From the IMG/VR virus record IMGVR_UViG_3300046315_000155: a stretch of 64,000 bases of DNA; one strand, 5' to 3'. Both the position numbers and the translations under genes were made by a program. The notes under the pieces were generated by a model. It saw nothing but the letters and a program-made list of their open reading frames with translations, searched no databases and was not told the origin of the DNA. Source of the DNA: an uncultured virus (IMG/VR IMGVR_UViG_3300046315_000155). Lineage: Duplodnaviria > Heunggongvirae > Uroviricota > Caudoviricetes. Positions 30,868 to 40,471 of this stretch are shown here, one piece after another. Position 1 is the stretch's first letter, and each line of letters opens with the position of its first letter.

Positions 30868-33183
30868 ATGCCAATATTAATTTCTGATGATACTAGAGTT
30901 AGAGTTTATAATTCGGTAAATACTATACATTATATCGAATTTACATTTATTAGAACTGGTAGTACAGACAATCCATTGACTATTTTTTATAGATTTACTG
31001 ATAGTAATAATGTTGGTGCGATTTCTGCCAAAATTCCCATCGTCATCCCCGCCGGATCTAATACTACTACATTAACTATTAATCCTCGCACAACTAATCT
31101 TACTCAATTGTATGAGGCTATTTCTTTAACATTAGTGGATAGTGCTGATTATGCTGTAGATACTATTACCCCAATTATAGTAAATATAATTAAAGATGTC
31201 GGGGTCAGTGTATCTGCCACTATTTCTACTGCTGATGAAAATAGTGCTACCAATCTAGTATATACATTTACTAGAACTGGGTATAACAATTATGACTTGG
31301 TGGTAAATTATATATTAAGCGGTTCTTGTACTAATGGTTTTGATTATGCGTTATTACCTGATAATATTATAATACCTGCGGGATCTGATACTGCCACCCT
31401 GATAATCGATCCTACTTCTGATAATATTGTAGAATTTACAGAAACGATTTCTGTAGAATTACTTGATGATACAGAATATATTAAAAATACTGTTAATCCA
31501 GTTGTTGTAAATATTATTAATTTTGAGTTGGTAAGTAATATTCAGGTTAGTGTTACTGCATCTACGGCAACTATTGTTGAAAATGAAGTATTAAATGCTA
31601 CATATACATTCACAAGAAGTGGTTCCACTGCTAATCCTCTAACTATTAATTACACATTAGGTGGTACTGCGGTTAATGGTGTTGATTATGAATTAATTAG
31701 TACCTCAGCTATATTTGCTACCAATTCTTCTACCACCACACTAGTAATCAATCCTATTGTTGATAATGTTGAAGAGGAAACAGAAACAATATCATTAAAT
31801 TTAATAAATGGTAGCGGATATATTTCTATTAGTATTAATCCGGTAATTATTAATTTATTAAGTAATACTATTCCCGTTGATGTTAGTTTATTTGCGACTA
31901 ATACTAATATCACTGAAGATGGAAACACCAATTCCGTATATACATTTACAAGAAATGGCGATATTACTAATCCATTGACGGTTAATTATATATTGGGTGG
32001 TACTGCTACCACTAGTGCAGATTATGTTGCGGTAGGTAATTCTATTATTTTTGGTGCCAATTCTGCTACTTCTACTTTGGTAATCGTTCCTATTGTGGAT
32101 GCAGACAGCGAAGCAACGGAAACCGTTTCTATTACATTAGTCGATGGTAGTGGATATGTGTCTATTACTCCCGATCCGGTAAGTATTAATATTTTAGATA
32201 GTACTACTGCACTTCCTGAAATCACCACTGTTGCTAGTACTACGAGCATTGTTGAAAATGAAGTAGTAAATGCTACATATACATTCACAAGAAGTGGTTC
32301 CACTACTAATCCTTTAACTATTAATTACACATTAGGTGGTACTGCTACTGATGGGGTTGATTATACAGTAATTAATTCTTCTGTCATAATTGCTGCTGGT
32401 TCTGCCACTGCTGAATTAATAATTGATCCTACTATTGATAACGTAGCAGAACCAACTGAAAATATTCAATTAACTGTGCTAGGCAGTAGCGAATATACCG
32501 TTATTACTCCTAATCCCGTTACTATTAATCTTAACGATTCTCTTGCTGGTGTGATTATGAATGCAGCTAATTTTCCTGTTGTTGTGGAAAATGATGACTT
32601 CATTGGGACGTTCACATTACAAAGAACTGGTTCCAATACTAATCCTCTAACTATTAATTACACATTAGGTGGTACTGCGGTTAATGGTGTTGATTATGAA
32701 TTACTGGATAATACCGTCACATTTACTCGTGGTTCTGAATATGCCTTTATAACTATACGTCCTATTCTTGATGCGCTTAATGATGGTTCTGAGACAGTTA
32801 CTATTACATTAGTTGCTGGAGGTGGATACGAAATACTTACACCAGACATATTTATTATGACTATTATTGATCCTACTGATGTTAGTGTGGTTGCTAATGC
32901 TAATAACACTGGATTTACTTTTACGAGGACTGATGGTAATACTAGTATTATGAGCGTTAATTATATATTAGGTGGTATTGCGGTTAATGGTATTGATTAT
33001 GAATTAGTTGACACAGTTATTACATTTGATAATAATAATATTCTTACCACAGAATTAATAATTACTCCTATTACTGGTGCTTTTGTAGAAGGTAATAAGA
33101 CGGTTACTCTTACTTTGGTTTCTGGTAATAATTATTTAATAGCTACTCCTGACCCAGTGAGTATCAGTATAATTGATGTATGA
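30868..33183 (+). CDS. Calx-beta/Ig-like repeat virion protein (about 7 repeats of roughly 110 aa)
   Basis: repeated YTFTR.G.T.NPLT.NY.LGGTA..G.DY...P..D...E..ET..LTL..G..Y; late promoter upstream. Confidence 0.78.
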   Translation: MPILISDDTRVRVYNSVNTIHYIEFTFIRTGSTDNPLTIFYRFTDSNNVGAISAKIPIVIPAGSNTTTLTINPRTTNLTQLYEAISLTLVDSADYAVDTITPIIVNIIKDVGVSVSATISTADENSATNLVYTFTRTGYNNYDLVVNYILSGSCTNGFDYALLPDNIIIPAGSDTATLIIDPTSDNIVEFTETISVELLDDTEYIKNTVNPVVVNIINFELVSNIQVSVTASTATIVENEVLNATYTFTRSGSTANPLTINYTLGGTAVNGVDYELISTSAIFATNSSTTTLVINPIVDNVEEETETISLNLINGSGYISISINPVIINLLSNTIPVDVSLFATNTNITEDGNTNSVYTFTRNGDITNPLTVNYILGGTATTSADYVAVGNSIIFGANSATSTLVIVPIVDADSEATETVSITLVDGSGYVSITPDPVSINILDSTTALPEITTVASTTSIVENEVVNATYTFTRSGSTTNPLTINYTLGGTATDGVDYTVINSSVIIAAGSATAELIIDPTIDNVAEPTENIQLTVLGSSEYTVITPNPVTINLNDSLAGVIMNAANFPVVVENDDFIGTFTLQRTGSNTNPLTINYTLGGTAVNGVDYELLDNTVTFTRGSEYAFITIRPILDALNDGSETVTITLVAGGGYEILTPDIFIMTIIDPTDVSVVANANNTGFTFTRTDGNTSIMSVNYILGGIAVNGIDYELVDTVITFDNNNILTTELIITPITGAFVEGNKTVTLTLVSGNNYLIATPDPVSISIIDV

Positions 33184-33373
33184 GGCATATCATTGGTGAG
33201 AAATGCTGCAAAGCAGCTGTCACCAATGATATATCCAAAATGATTTTAATTAGCATATTTGAATAATTTGATACTACTACCGCGGTCGCGGTAGTGATTG
33301 GAATCACAGTCGGCAGAACATGGAAACATGTAACAATTTGATATAAATATAGTCAGATTCAAAAAAAAATAAA

Positions 33374-33799
33374 ATGTCAATATTTGATAAACTTACAGAA
33401 TCATTGGACATAGAAAATGTGTCTATTACCCCAGTAGAGGTTGTAGATGCCGAACCTATTACTACTACTATTGGTGACACATCTATAAATACTAATCTAG
33501 ATGTAGATTATGTTCGTACCAGAAGCAATTTACATGCTCTTTCAGAAAAACTAAACGGATTGATCGACAATGCAATAGATGTCGCCCAAGCATCAGAAAC
33601 TCCCCGCGCATATGAAGTCGCTGGTGGGTTGGTGAGAGAGGCGGTTGAACTGAATTTATCTTTGATCAAATTGGCGAATGAAGTCAAAAAGGTCAAAGGA
33701 TTGAATGGCGGCAATACTAACAATACTACTAATAATAGTATTTTCGTTGGAAGTACGGCGCAGTTATTAAAATTTATAAATAAGAAATCTGATATATAA
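33374..33799 (+). CDS. gp16: terminase small subunit
   Basis: DY..TR.NL, A..SE.PRAYEVAG, TNNS.FVGSTA.L. Confidence 0.92.
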   Translation: MSIFDKLTESLDIENVSITPVEVVDAEPITTTIGDTSINTNLDVDYVRTRSNLHALSEKLNGLIDNAIDVAQASETPRAYEVAGGLVREAVELNLSLIKLANEVKKVKGLNGGNTNNTTNNSIFVGSTAQLLKFINKKSDI

Positions 33800-33861
33800 A
33801 AATATTTATGTTATAATAGTAATGTTGTCATTACTATTATTTTTTATGGACAAACGACTTA

Positions 33862-35718
33862 TTAACAAACAATATTGGACAAAATTGGAATAATATCGCT
33901 AATCACTACCGTATCGATTGGCGTTACCACATCTATCACTACTGGATCGACTACTTCTTCCTCTATGGAAATATCATCAATGATTACAATATCATCAACA
34001 GACACCACTGGGGGCAATACTACTGGCACTAATATACCCCCAGTATTATCTATGTCTAGCGTATCTGGTATAGTCACAATAGTTAGATCGTTAGTATCCA
34101 CATTTAGATCAAATTCGCCAGTTTTAGGATCTATCGTACCTACATTGGAATCCATATTCCAAGAATATACATCCCCATCCGATGTATACTTCTGCTTCTC
34201 TACTATTCCACTATCTCCTACAGACACAATTCTATAGTTTGTCCCATTCTGATTATAGGATTTACTCATCAGGGAAAATAATTTGCAGTTATCTGATTTA
34301 ATCTTGTTGCCAATATTTCCCTTATAATTACCATTATTACTACTCAACTCATCCACTAGCACTAGTTTAATTTTTGCCGATAGGATGGATTTGTCCAAAT
34401 TATAAATGATTGATTCTAACCTATTACCATAAAAACCATTAGCAAAGTCTTCTGTGGCGACGTAATCGTTTATTGCAGTACTAATTTTTTCTATTAGTTT
34501 ATCGATATAAGTAGGCAATTTCTTCAGATCATATTTGATATAAGATCGGATCTTCAATTTGGTATACTTTGCGTCCTCTATGATGATTATATTTGTTAAG
34601 TTGTATCGCTTCAAAAATTGTAATATATTGTTTTTCTGTACTTGATTCAGCTTATTTCCATCTTTATTTTGTATAATTAGCTTCACATGACCGTATCTTG
34701 GTGGTACTAATGTTTCTCCACCAATGACCATCACTGAGTTGATAAAAGGGAAATGTTCTATCAACAACGCTTGATAGTCACTAGCTACTACTGCTCTATC
34801 CTGTGCAGTATACAAATTTCTAGCATTAAATTTGATCTGTTTAAGCGGCTGGCTATCTGTCCCACCACTACTAACAGCAATTGTTCCTACTGTAATATCT
34901 CCTAATGGTACTATTATACCAATTGCATTGTTGTCAAAGTAGTATTTGATGTTTCCTACAAATGTACCTTGATTAATATTATTACCATTAGAACCATTAT
35001 TAGTGAGGTATGATACTGTTACCGTATCACCAATATTCGGAGATTTTCCCAAAATATTACCACCAAATTGAATTTCTATGTTTTGATCTTGTATTAAAGA
35101 GACATAGAATGTTGTATCTGTAGCGTTATTTCGGTCAAATTTAGTATAATTTATCCCATTTGATGTAACTCGAATTGTGTTGATGTCGATTTTGTCATTG
35201 AACAGAATGATTCGATCTGCATCTTCTTCACCATAAATGTAAGAATTTGTTAGCAATACACCTTCACTTAGCGTTAATGTAGTTGTTACATTACCATTTG
35301 TTGCTGGCAAGATCTTTCTATCTACATTATTGAATGTGTAACCAATGTTGTCTGTAGATTTAGTGCCGACAAACATTATTCCTGATGGAATCTCTACAAA
35401 TTTTGCACCAGCGGGAACGGTGAACGTGAGTGGCAAATCTAGAAGTGCTGAAGAATAGTTGTTAGGTGTGTATCCGAGTTCATTCGCTTTAGCTGTGACA
35501 TTATCTCGTAATGTTGCAGTTTCTAACGATAATTCATTTAATGCTAAGTTGAGTTGAAACTGACTTAGAAATGTATTATACGCAAGCAAATTTATCAGTT
35601 GAGTGATATTTGAACCATTATAGTCATAATCACTAAATGTAGTGTTATCTTTCAAAAATAGCTTTAGATCTGTTTTAATGCTTTCGTAGTCGAGATTAGT
35701 CAACGGGGAGATCTTCAT
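33862..35718 (-). CDS. gp6: baseplate wedge subunit
   Basis: LTNLDYE.IK..LK.FL...FSDYDY.GS, ATLRDNV..A..LGY.P, FG...LGK, QDRAV..SDY, GGE...PP.YG.V. Confidence 0.92.
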   Translation of the reverse strand: MKISPLTNLDYESIKTDLKLFLKDNTTFSDYDYNGSNITQLINLLAYNTFLSQFQLNLALNELSLETATLRDNVTAKANELGYTPNNYSSALLDLPLTFTVPAGAKFVEIPSGIMFVGTKSTDNIGYTFNNVDRKILPATNGNVTTTLTLSEGVLLTNSYIYGEEDADRIILFNDKIDINTIRVTSNGINYTKFDRNNATDTTFYVSLIQDQNIEIQFGGNILGKSPNIGDTVTVSYLTNNGSNGNNINQGTFVGNIKYYFDNNAIGIIVPLGDITVGTIAVSSGGTDSQPLKQIKFNARNLYTAQDRAVVASDYQALLIEHFPFINSVMVIGGETLVPPRYGHVKLIIQNKDGNKLNQVQKNNILQFLKRYNLTNIIIIEDAKYTKLKIRSYIKYDLKKLPTYIDKLIEKISTAINDYVATEDFANGFYGNRLESIIYNLDKSILSAKIKLVLVDELSSNNGNYKGNIGNKIKSDNCKLFSLMSKSYNQNGTNYRIVSVGDSGIVEKQKYTSDGDVYSWNMDSNVGTIDPKTGEFDLNVDTNDLTIVTIPDTLDIDNTGGILVPVVLPPVVSVDDIVIIDDISIEEEVVDPVVIDVVTPIDTVVISDIIPILSNIVC

Positions 35719-35806
35719 TCTATTAAATTTAATAATTCTATAGATATTTATGATTGCGATACATCAATATCTGTGTTATGATGATTATATACTTTATTAT
35801 ATTAAA

Positions 35807-36535
35807 ATGATTTACTACGACACAACGCTGGATTTATGGCAGTTCAATCAACCTCATCATAATGTAGACAATGGTTACAATTTAATATATAATCAATTCT
35901 TTACTTATGACCAACTGTATGTACTCAATACTAATACTGGTATATTATATACTAATTCTATAGATCTTGATAAAGTAGATCTATTAAAACTATATAATTT
36001 TAATCCTAATAATACAGGTAGATTTCTAACATATAAAAATGGACAAACTGTAAAAATTCATGAATTAATAGTTGGATTGAAGACTAATAATAATTGGGTG
36101 ATCAATCATATCGACGGAGATCCTAGTAATAACAAATTATCTAATTTAGAAGTAGTCACTCAATGGTTTAATATAGCATTAATGAAGAAGTCATCTGGAC
36201 TCCCTATTGGTATAAAATGTGCTAATGGTGGTAGTAGTAGCTATAAAACACAAATTCGTATGCCAAGAGTAAATGGTGAGAGAATAAGTTTTGGTTCACA
36301 ATCAATAAATTACCTTCAAAATATTCACTATCAGTTCGGCATCAAATCAGGTTTAGTATTGCCAGAACGATACCTCAAAGAAACTCCTAATTGGTTGCCA
36401 GATCATACTATCCAATTCTCACCAAAACATCAGATAAAACTAGACCAATTAATTGAAGCACATTTAGAAAATCAAGCATCTTGGGAACAACCTATTATGC
36501 TCCCAGAGGGGTCTAGAATGCCCTACACCGCATAG
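35807..36535 (+). CDS. HNH(-AP2-like) family copy 6
   Basis: intact family member; probable ATG 35807; TGTGTTATGAT promoter at about 35773; reads 10 codons into the conserved 3' tail. Confidence 0.82.
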   Translation: MIYYDTTLDLWQFNQPHHNVDNGYNLIYNQFFTYDQLYVLNTNTGILYTNSIDLDKVDLLKLYNFNPNNTGRFLTYKNGQTVKIHELIVGLKTNNNWVINHIDGDPSNNKLSNLEVVTQWFNIALMKKSSGLPIGIKCANGGSSSYKTQIRMPRVNGERISFGSQSINYLQNIHYQFGIKSGLVLPERYLKETPNWLPDHTIQFSPKHQIKLDQLIEAHLENQASWEQPIMLPEGSRMPYTA

Positions 36536-36575
36536 AAACTCTAAATATGACTATTAGTATCAAAACATAAAAATT

Positions 36576-36944
36576 ATGCCAGACTTGGATTTATCATTCA
36601 GCCAAACTAATAGTCACGATATCACAATCTTAAATACAAAAGCAGCCGTAAAAGCATCAGTAAAAAATATTATACTCACCGAAAGAGGTAGTGCAATTTT
36701 CCAACCTTATTACGGTACATCACTATCAAAATATTTATTTGAAGTTGCAGACAACAATCTTGGGAACGAAATACTTGAAGAGATCAGAACCTCCTTGACG
36801 TTATGGGAGAATCGTGTTATTATAGAAAAAATAGAAGTTATTTTAGAAGATGATAATATTACATTATCTGTTTATCTAGAATACACTATTAAACAACTGG
36901 AAGAAACAGATTCATTCACTGTAAACTTAGTGAGAGATAGATAA
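36576..36944 (+). CDS. gp25: baseplate wedge subunit
   Basis: DL.LSF, AVK.SVKNIILT.RG...FQP..GT....LFE, WE.RV. Confidence 0.9.
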   Translation: MPDLDLSFSQTNSHDITILNTKAAVKASVKNIILTERGSAIFQPYYGTSLSKYLFEVADNNLGNEILEEIRTSLTLWENRVIIEKIEVILEDDNITLSVYLEYTIKQLEETDSFTVNLVRDR

Positions 36945-36950
36945 ACAGAC

Positions 36951-38654
36951 ATGACGCTCCAGAATAGTTACAAAAAAACTTTAACAATTAACCCACCCCT
37001 ACCCATATTTTATACTGACGACACCACATTTGCCCATGTTTTCGTCATCCCATCAAATCAATTAACTCTTAATCTGTCCACGGCTAATAAAGCAGATACT
37101 CGAACAGAATCTACCCCAGAAAACGTAGATAACTATACATTAGATTTACAAGGCACTATTCAATTAGTTGCTACTGCTATATCTGTAATACCTAATCCTA
37201 ATGCTACCATTTATTATGCAGATATGACTACTAATGCAGTCATATTTGACTACATTATAAACCCAAGGTCTAATAAAAACTTACTAAAATTGGGTGATAC
37301 ATTTAATAATGGAATTATTACAAAAGTGGTTAATTTGTTTGACAAATATTCATATTTTGAATATACTGGCACTGCTACTTTTACTGTCAATCAGGTTATC
37401 ACAGTTAATGGAATTCAAGTCATAATATTAGCTGGAAAAGGAATATTAGATCGTGCTGGAGTAGTTGGTAAATATTCCACAGATTATAAAAATATATCGT
37501 ATTATGCCAAATTTACACCAAATTTACCTACAAATTCAGATTCGGTGAGTAATTTTAGTAATTATGATCTAAAATTGCCAAATCCCTATACTGAACAAAA
37601 TAATACCAAATATGTGGATAATTCGCAAATTGTCCCCATCTCCACCCCAAATAACAGATTATCTACTGCTAATAGTATATTATCTACTGCTAATAGTCAC
37701 ATCTCATCTATTGCAGATCTCAATGGTGCAACATTTGTCAAAAATGATAGTCCTGTAGATGGTATCAGTAATATAGATAATCCTATAGTAGTGACTTCTT
37801 GGCTGGATATCCCCATCAAAACTAATATTGTTGGTTTCGGCGTTAGTAACATTACCCCCAAAAATAACGATTTTACTTATGTTTCTCCTAGTTTTGGGGC
37901 AATAACTATTAAATTTAATAGGTTCTATTCACCAATTCCTATCACTAACCCTCCTGCTACTACTCTTAATTCTCGTGTCATTGATGGCTGGCTGTTACAT
38001 ACTTATAACTATACCACTACTGTCACTCCAAATATAGATCCACAAGTACCTGATGATATTACATATTCTGCACCTCCATCTATAAGATACAATAAAGATG
38101 CCAATAATTATGTCAATTTTGTAGGATATACTAATAACACTACCACTAATGTATTATTTGCTGGTAATGATGTAGTTTATGAAACTACTACTCATGTATT
38201 AGACTACGATATCGAACCATATGGTTCGTCTAATGTTACTAATTTGCGCGACATCCAAAATCAGATCGATATTTCTACAAAATACAGCTTTGGTGCAGAA
38301 AAAATAAAATTAGTTAACGATATTGGTGGTAATTATGAATACCCCACTCCTGCCATTACTACGATGACTACCGATTTGCTAATTGGTCAAAGAGTCATTA
38401 ATGTTGTTGACACTAGTGAATTCATGAGTTCTGGTTATTTACAATTGAACAAATTTAATGTAACCTTTACCACTAGTGGTTCTAATGAAATTAGAAATTA
38501 TGAATATGTAGGAAGTGAAATAGTATATTATTCTATGAAAACTTTAACATCTTTTTGGATTGATGCGAATACTCAATATAGCTACGAAGAAATAGGTTCT
38601 AACGAAATAAATAATTGGTTTGCTGAGGTGGTGCAGATTTTCCCATTTATTTGA
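36951..38654 (+). CDS. probable virion structural protein
   Basis: 567-aa T/N-rich beta-type ORF co-transcribed with gp25. Confidence 0.55.
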   Translation: MTLQNSYKKTLTINPPLPIFYTDDTTFAHVFVIPSNQLTLNLSTANKADTRTESTPENVDNYTLDLQGTIQLVATAISVIPNPNATIYYADMTTNAVIFDYIINPRSNKNLLKLGDTFNNGIITKVVNLFDKYSYFEYTGTATFTVNQVITVNGIQVIILAGKGILDRAGVVGKYSTDYKNISYYAKFTPNLPTNSDSVSNFSNYDLKLPNPYTEQNNTKYVDNSQIVPISTPNNRLSTANSILSTANSHISSIADLNGATFVKNDSPVDGISNIDNPIVVTSWLDIPIKTNIVGFGVSNITPKNNDFTYVSPSFGAITIKFNRFYSPIPITNPPATTLNSRVIDGWLLHTYNYTTTVTPNIDPQVPDDITYSAPPSIRYNKDANNYVNFVGYTNNTTTNVLFAGNDVVYETTTHVLDYDIEPYGSSNVTNLRDIQNQIDISTKYSFGAEKIKLVNDIGGNYEYPTPAITTMTTDLLIGQRVINVVDTSEFMSSGYLQLNKFNVTFTTSGSNEIRNYEYVGSEIVYYSMKTLTSFWIDANTQYSYEEIGSNEINNWFAEVVQIFPFI

Positions 38655-38662
38655 TATCTGTG

Positions 38663-38890
38663 TTATGATGTTCTTATAGCATAATTGTACTCAGCAATTA
38701 TATATTTTTCAATAGAGTCCCTATCTTTAATTGCAGTTACCCACACGCCAGATCCCATGTACGAATCTAATTGTGGTTCTACTTTAGAAGTCCTTCTGCC
38801 TACATAATATTGCCCATTTTTGTGTCGAATGATATAAGTGTAATAGTATTTCTTATTTTTATCCATAAAAAATAATAGGAATGACAACAT
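38663..38890 (-). pseudogene. truncated GIY-YIG endonuclease
   Basis: YTYII...YYVGRRTS...YMGSG then an early stop; own TGTGTTATAAT promoter at about 38900. Confidence 0.7.
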
Positions 38891-38923
38891 TCCTATTATA
38901 ACACAAATTTTAATTATTTGTCA

Positions 38924-40399
38924 TCAGAGTTCAATTATGAGAAGTATCTGCTCTGTTTGATCGAGACTTCTATTGATCGCCCCCCTGTTTTCTATGTAAA
39001 GTATTTCACCAGAATATTTTTCGATCTCGCTAGTGGAATATCCATTAATGAAAGTATTGTAATTCAATACACCATTAAAAGCAATTTCAGGAACTCCAGT
39101 CAACCCACCAGCAGTTACAGTATTTGCGCCAGCAAAGTCATCAACAACAAAATTGTTTTGAAACTGATTCTGATACACAGACAATATCTTATTAACTACA
39201 TCCCACGCCACTACATTACCAATTGCGCCAGTTATAGCTTGCACAACTCGCTCACCTAACACAAACGTACCTACGAAAGTATTAGGAAATTTGATACGAG
39301 TGGTACAATTACCAGTAGCAGCATCAAATAATGTATCCGTGCCAGCAACTTTTGGATTTATGAACAAACCAAACTGACGATACTGGATATTTACGGGAAT
39401 ATCTTGATCGATAGATTCTAATTTGGGAGCGATAACTACGCGATGAGCGAACAATTCTTTTTCCGGATCGCTCCCATGCCCTAATATTGGTGGAATAATT
39501 ACTTCCAAATACTGTACTGAATTATTAATAGTGCCAATATTAGAAGGAATGGTACACAGAATGTCACTAAAGACAGCACCCAAATTAACTTTAGCATAAG
39601 TATAATCAGTACCACCAGAAATAACAGATACACTACCAATTTTTTGATTAAATGGGTCTAAAGTATCATTGGGAACAATAATTCTAATAATCCCACCTTC
39701 ACCATTACCAATAATTCTGGAGTAATATGTACCTGGAGTCAGGTTTGTACCTCTATTAAGGATATTCAATTGAGAAATTGAACCAGGAGCAGCAGCAATG
39801 CTAACAACACTATCTACTAGTACAGGAATATAATTGTTATTTGCAAATTTCAATACTTGATTAGTGGTCAGAGAGAATAAATATTTCCATTTATATCCAT
39901 CTGACGTAGTGACAATAGCGGTAGAAGAACCTATTACAGTAGGTTCCGACCCGATAGTAGTTGGTATCCCTAATGGAGTTTCTGGGGTTTGTCCGTTATA
40001 TATACATTTAAAAACTTGAAATTGGCTGTTGACTATGTAAAAATTACTATCCGCCAAAATAGTAGAACCAGTGGCGGTAGGATTATTTTGAGAGTAATTA
40101 TGCTTATACATATCATAAATTACGCCTGGTTGCCATACAATTTTCTTAATCACAAGCGAGAGATCGGTAGAATTAATTTTCTTAATCCCGATCATATTAT
40201 TGTGACTATTCACAAATTCAGCAGAATTGTCATTAGGCACTGGGGGGGTTAATTCACTGACGGCAGGATTACCAGCATACTCTTCAGACTGCCATTGTTG
40301 TGGTCTAGAGATGAAGAGATATAAATTGTCAGTGGCGGCAAGAGATAAAAAATTCTTTGCAATAGCAGTACGAAATTGATTTGTAATGATTGAACTCAT
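38924..40399 (-). CDS. gp8: baseplate wedge subunit
   Basis: MSSIITNQFR, YDMYKHNYS, FY.VNS..QV.KCI.NG, DGY.WKYL, GHGSD...EL, YSGEILYIENR. Confidence 0.9.
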   Translation of the reverse strand: MSSIITNQFRTAIAKNFLSLAATDNLYLFISRPQQWQSEEYAGNPAVSELTPPVPNDNSAEFVNSHNNMIGIKKINSTDLSLVIKKIVWQPGVIYDMYKHNYSQNNPTATGSTILADSNFYIVNSQFQVFKCIYNGQTPETPLGIPTTIGSEPTVIGSSTAIVTTSDGYKWKYLFSLTTNQVLKFANNNYIPVLVDSVVSIAAAPGSISQLNILNRGTNLTPGTYYSRIIGNGEGGIIRIIVPNDTLDPFNQKIGSVSVISGGTDYTYAKVNLGAVFSDILCTIPSNIGTINNSVQYLEVIIPPILGHGSDPEKELFAHRVVIAPKLESIDQDIPVNIQYRQFGLFINPKVAGTDTLFDAATGNCTTRIKFPNTFVGTFVLGERVVQAITGAIGNVVAWDVVNKILSVYQNQFQNNFVVDDFAGANTVTAGGLTGVPEIAFNGVLNYNTFINGYSTSEIEKYSGEILYIENRGAINRSLDQTEQILLIIEL

Positions 40400-40471
40400 T
40401 TTATTAAATTTAATATTTATACAGATATTTATATTAAACTAAATATTAAAAAGAATACAAAAATTTCTAGT

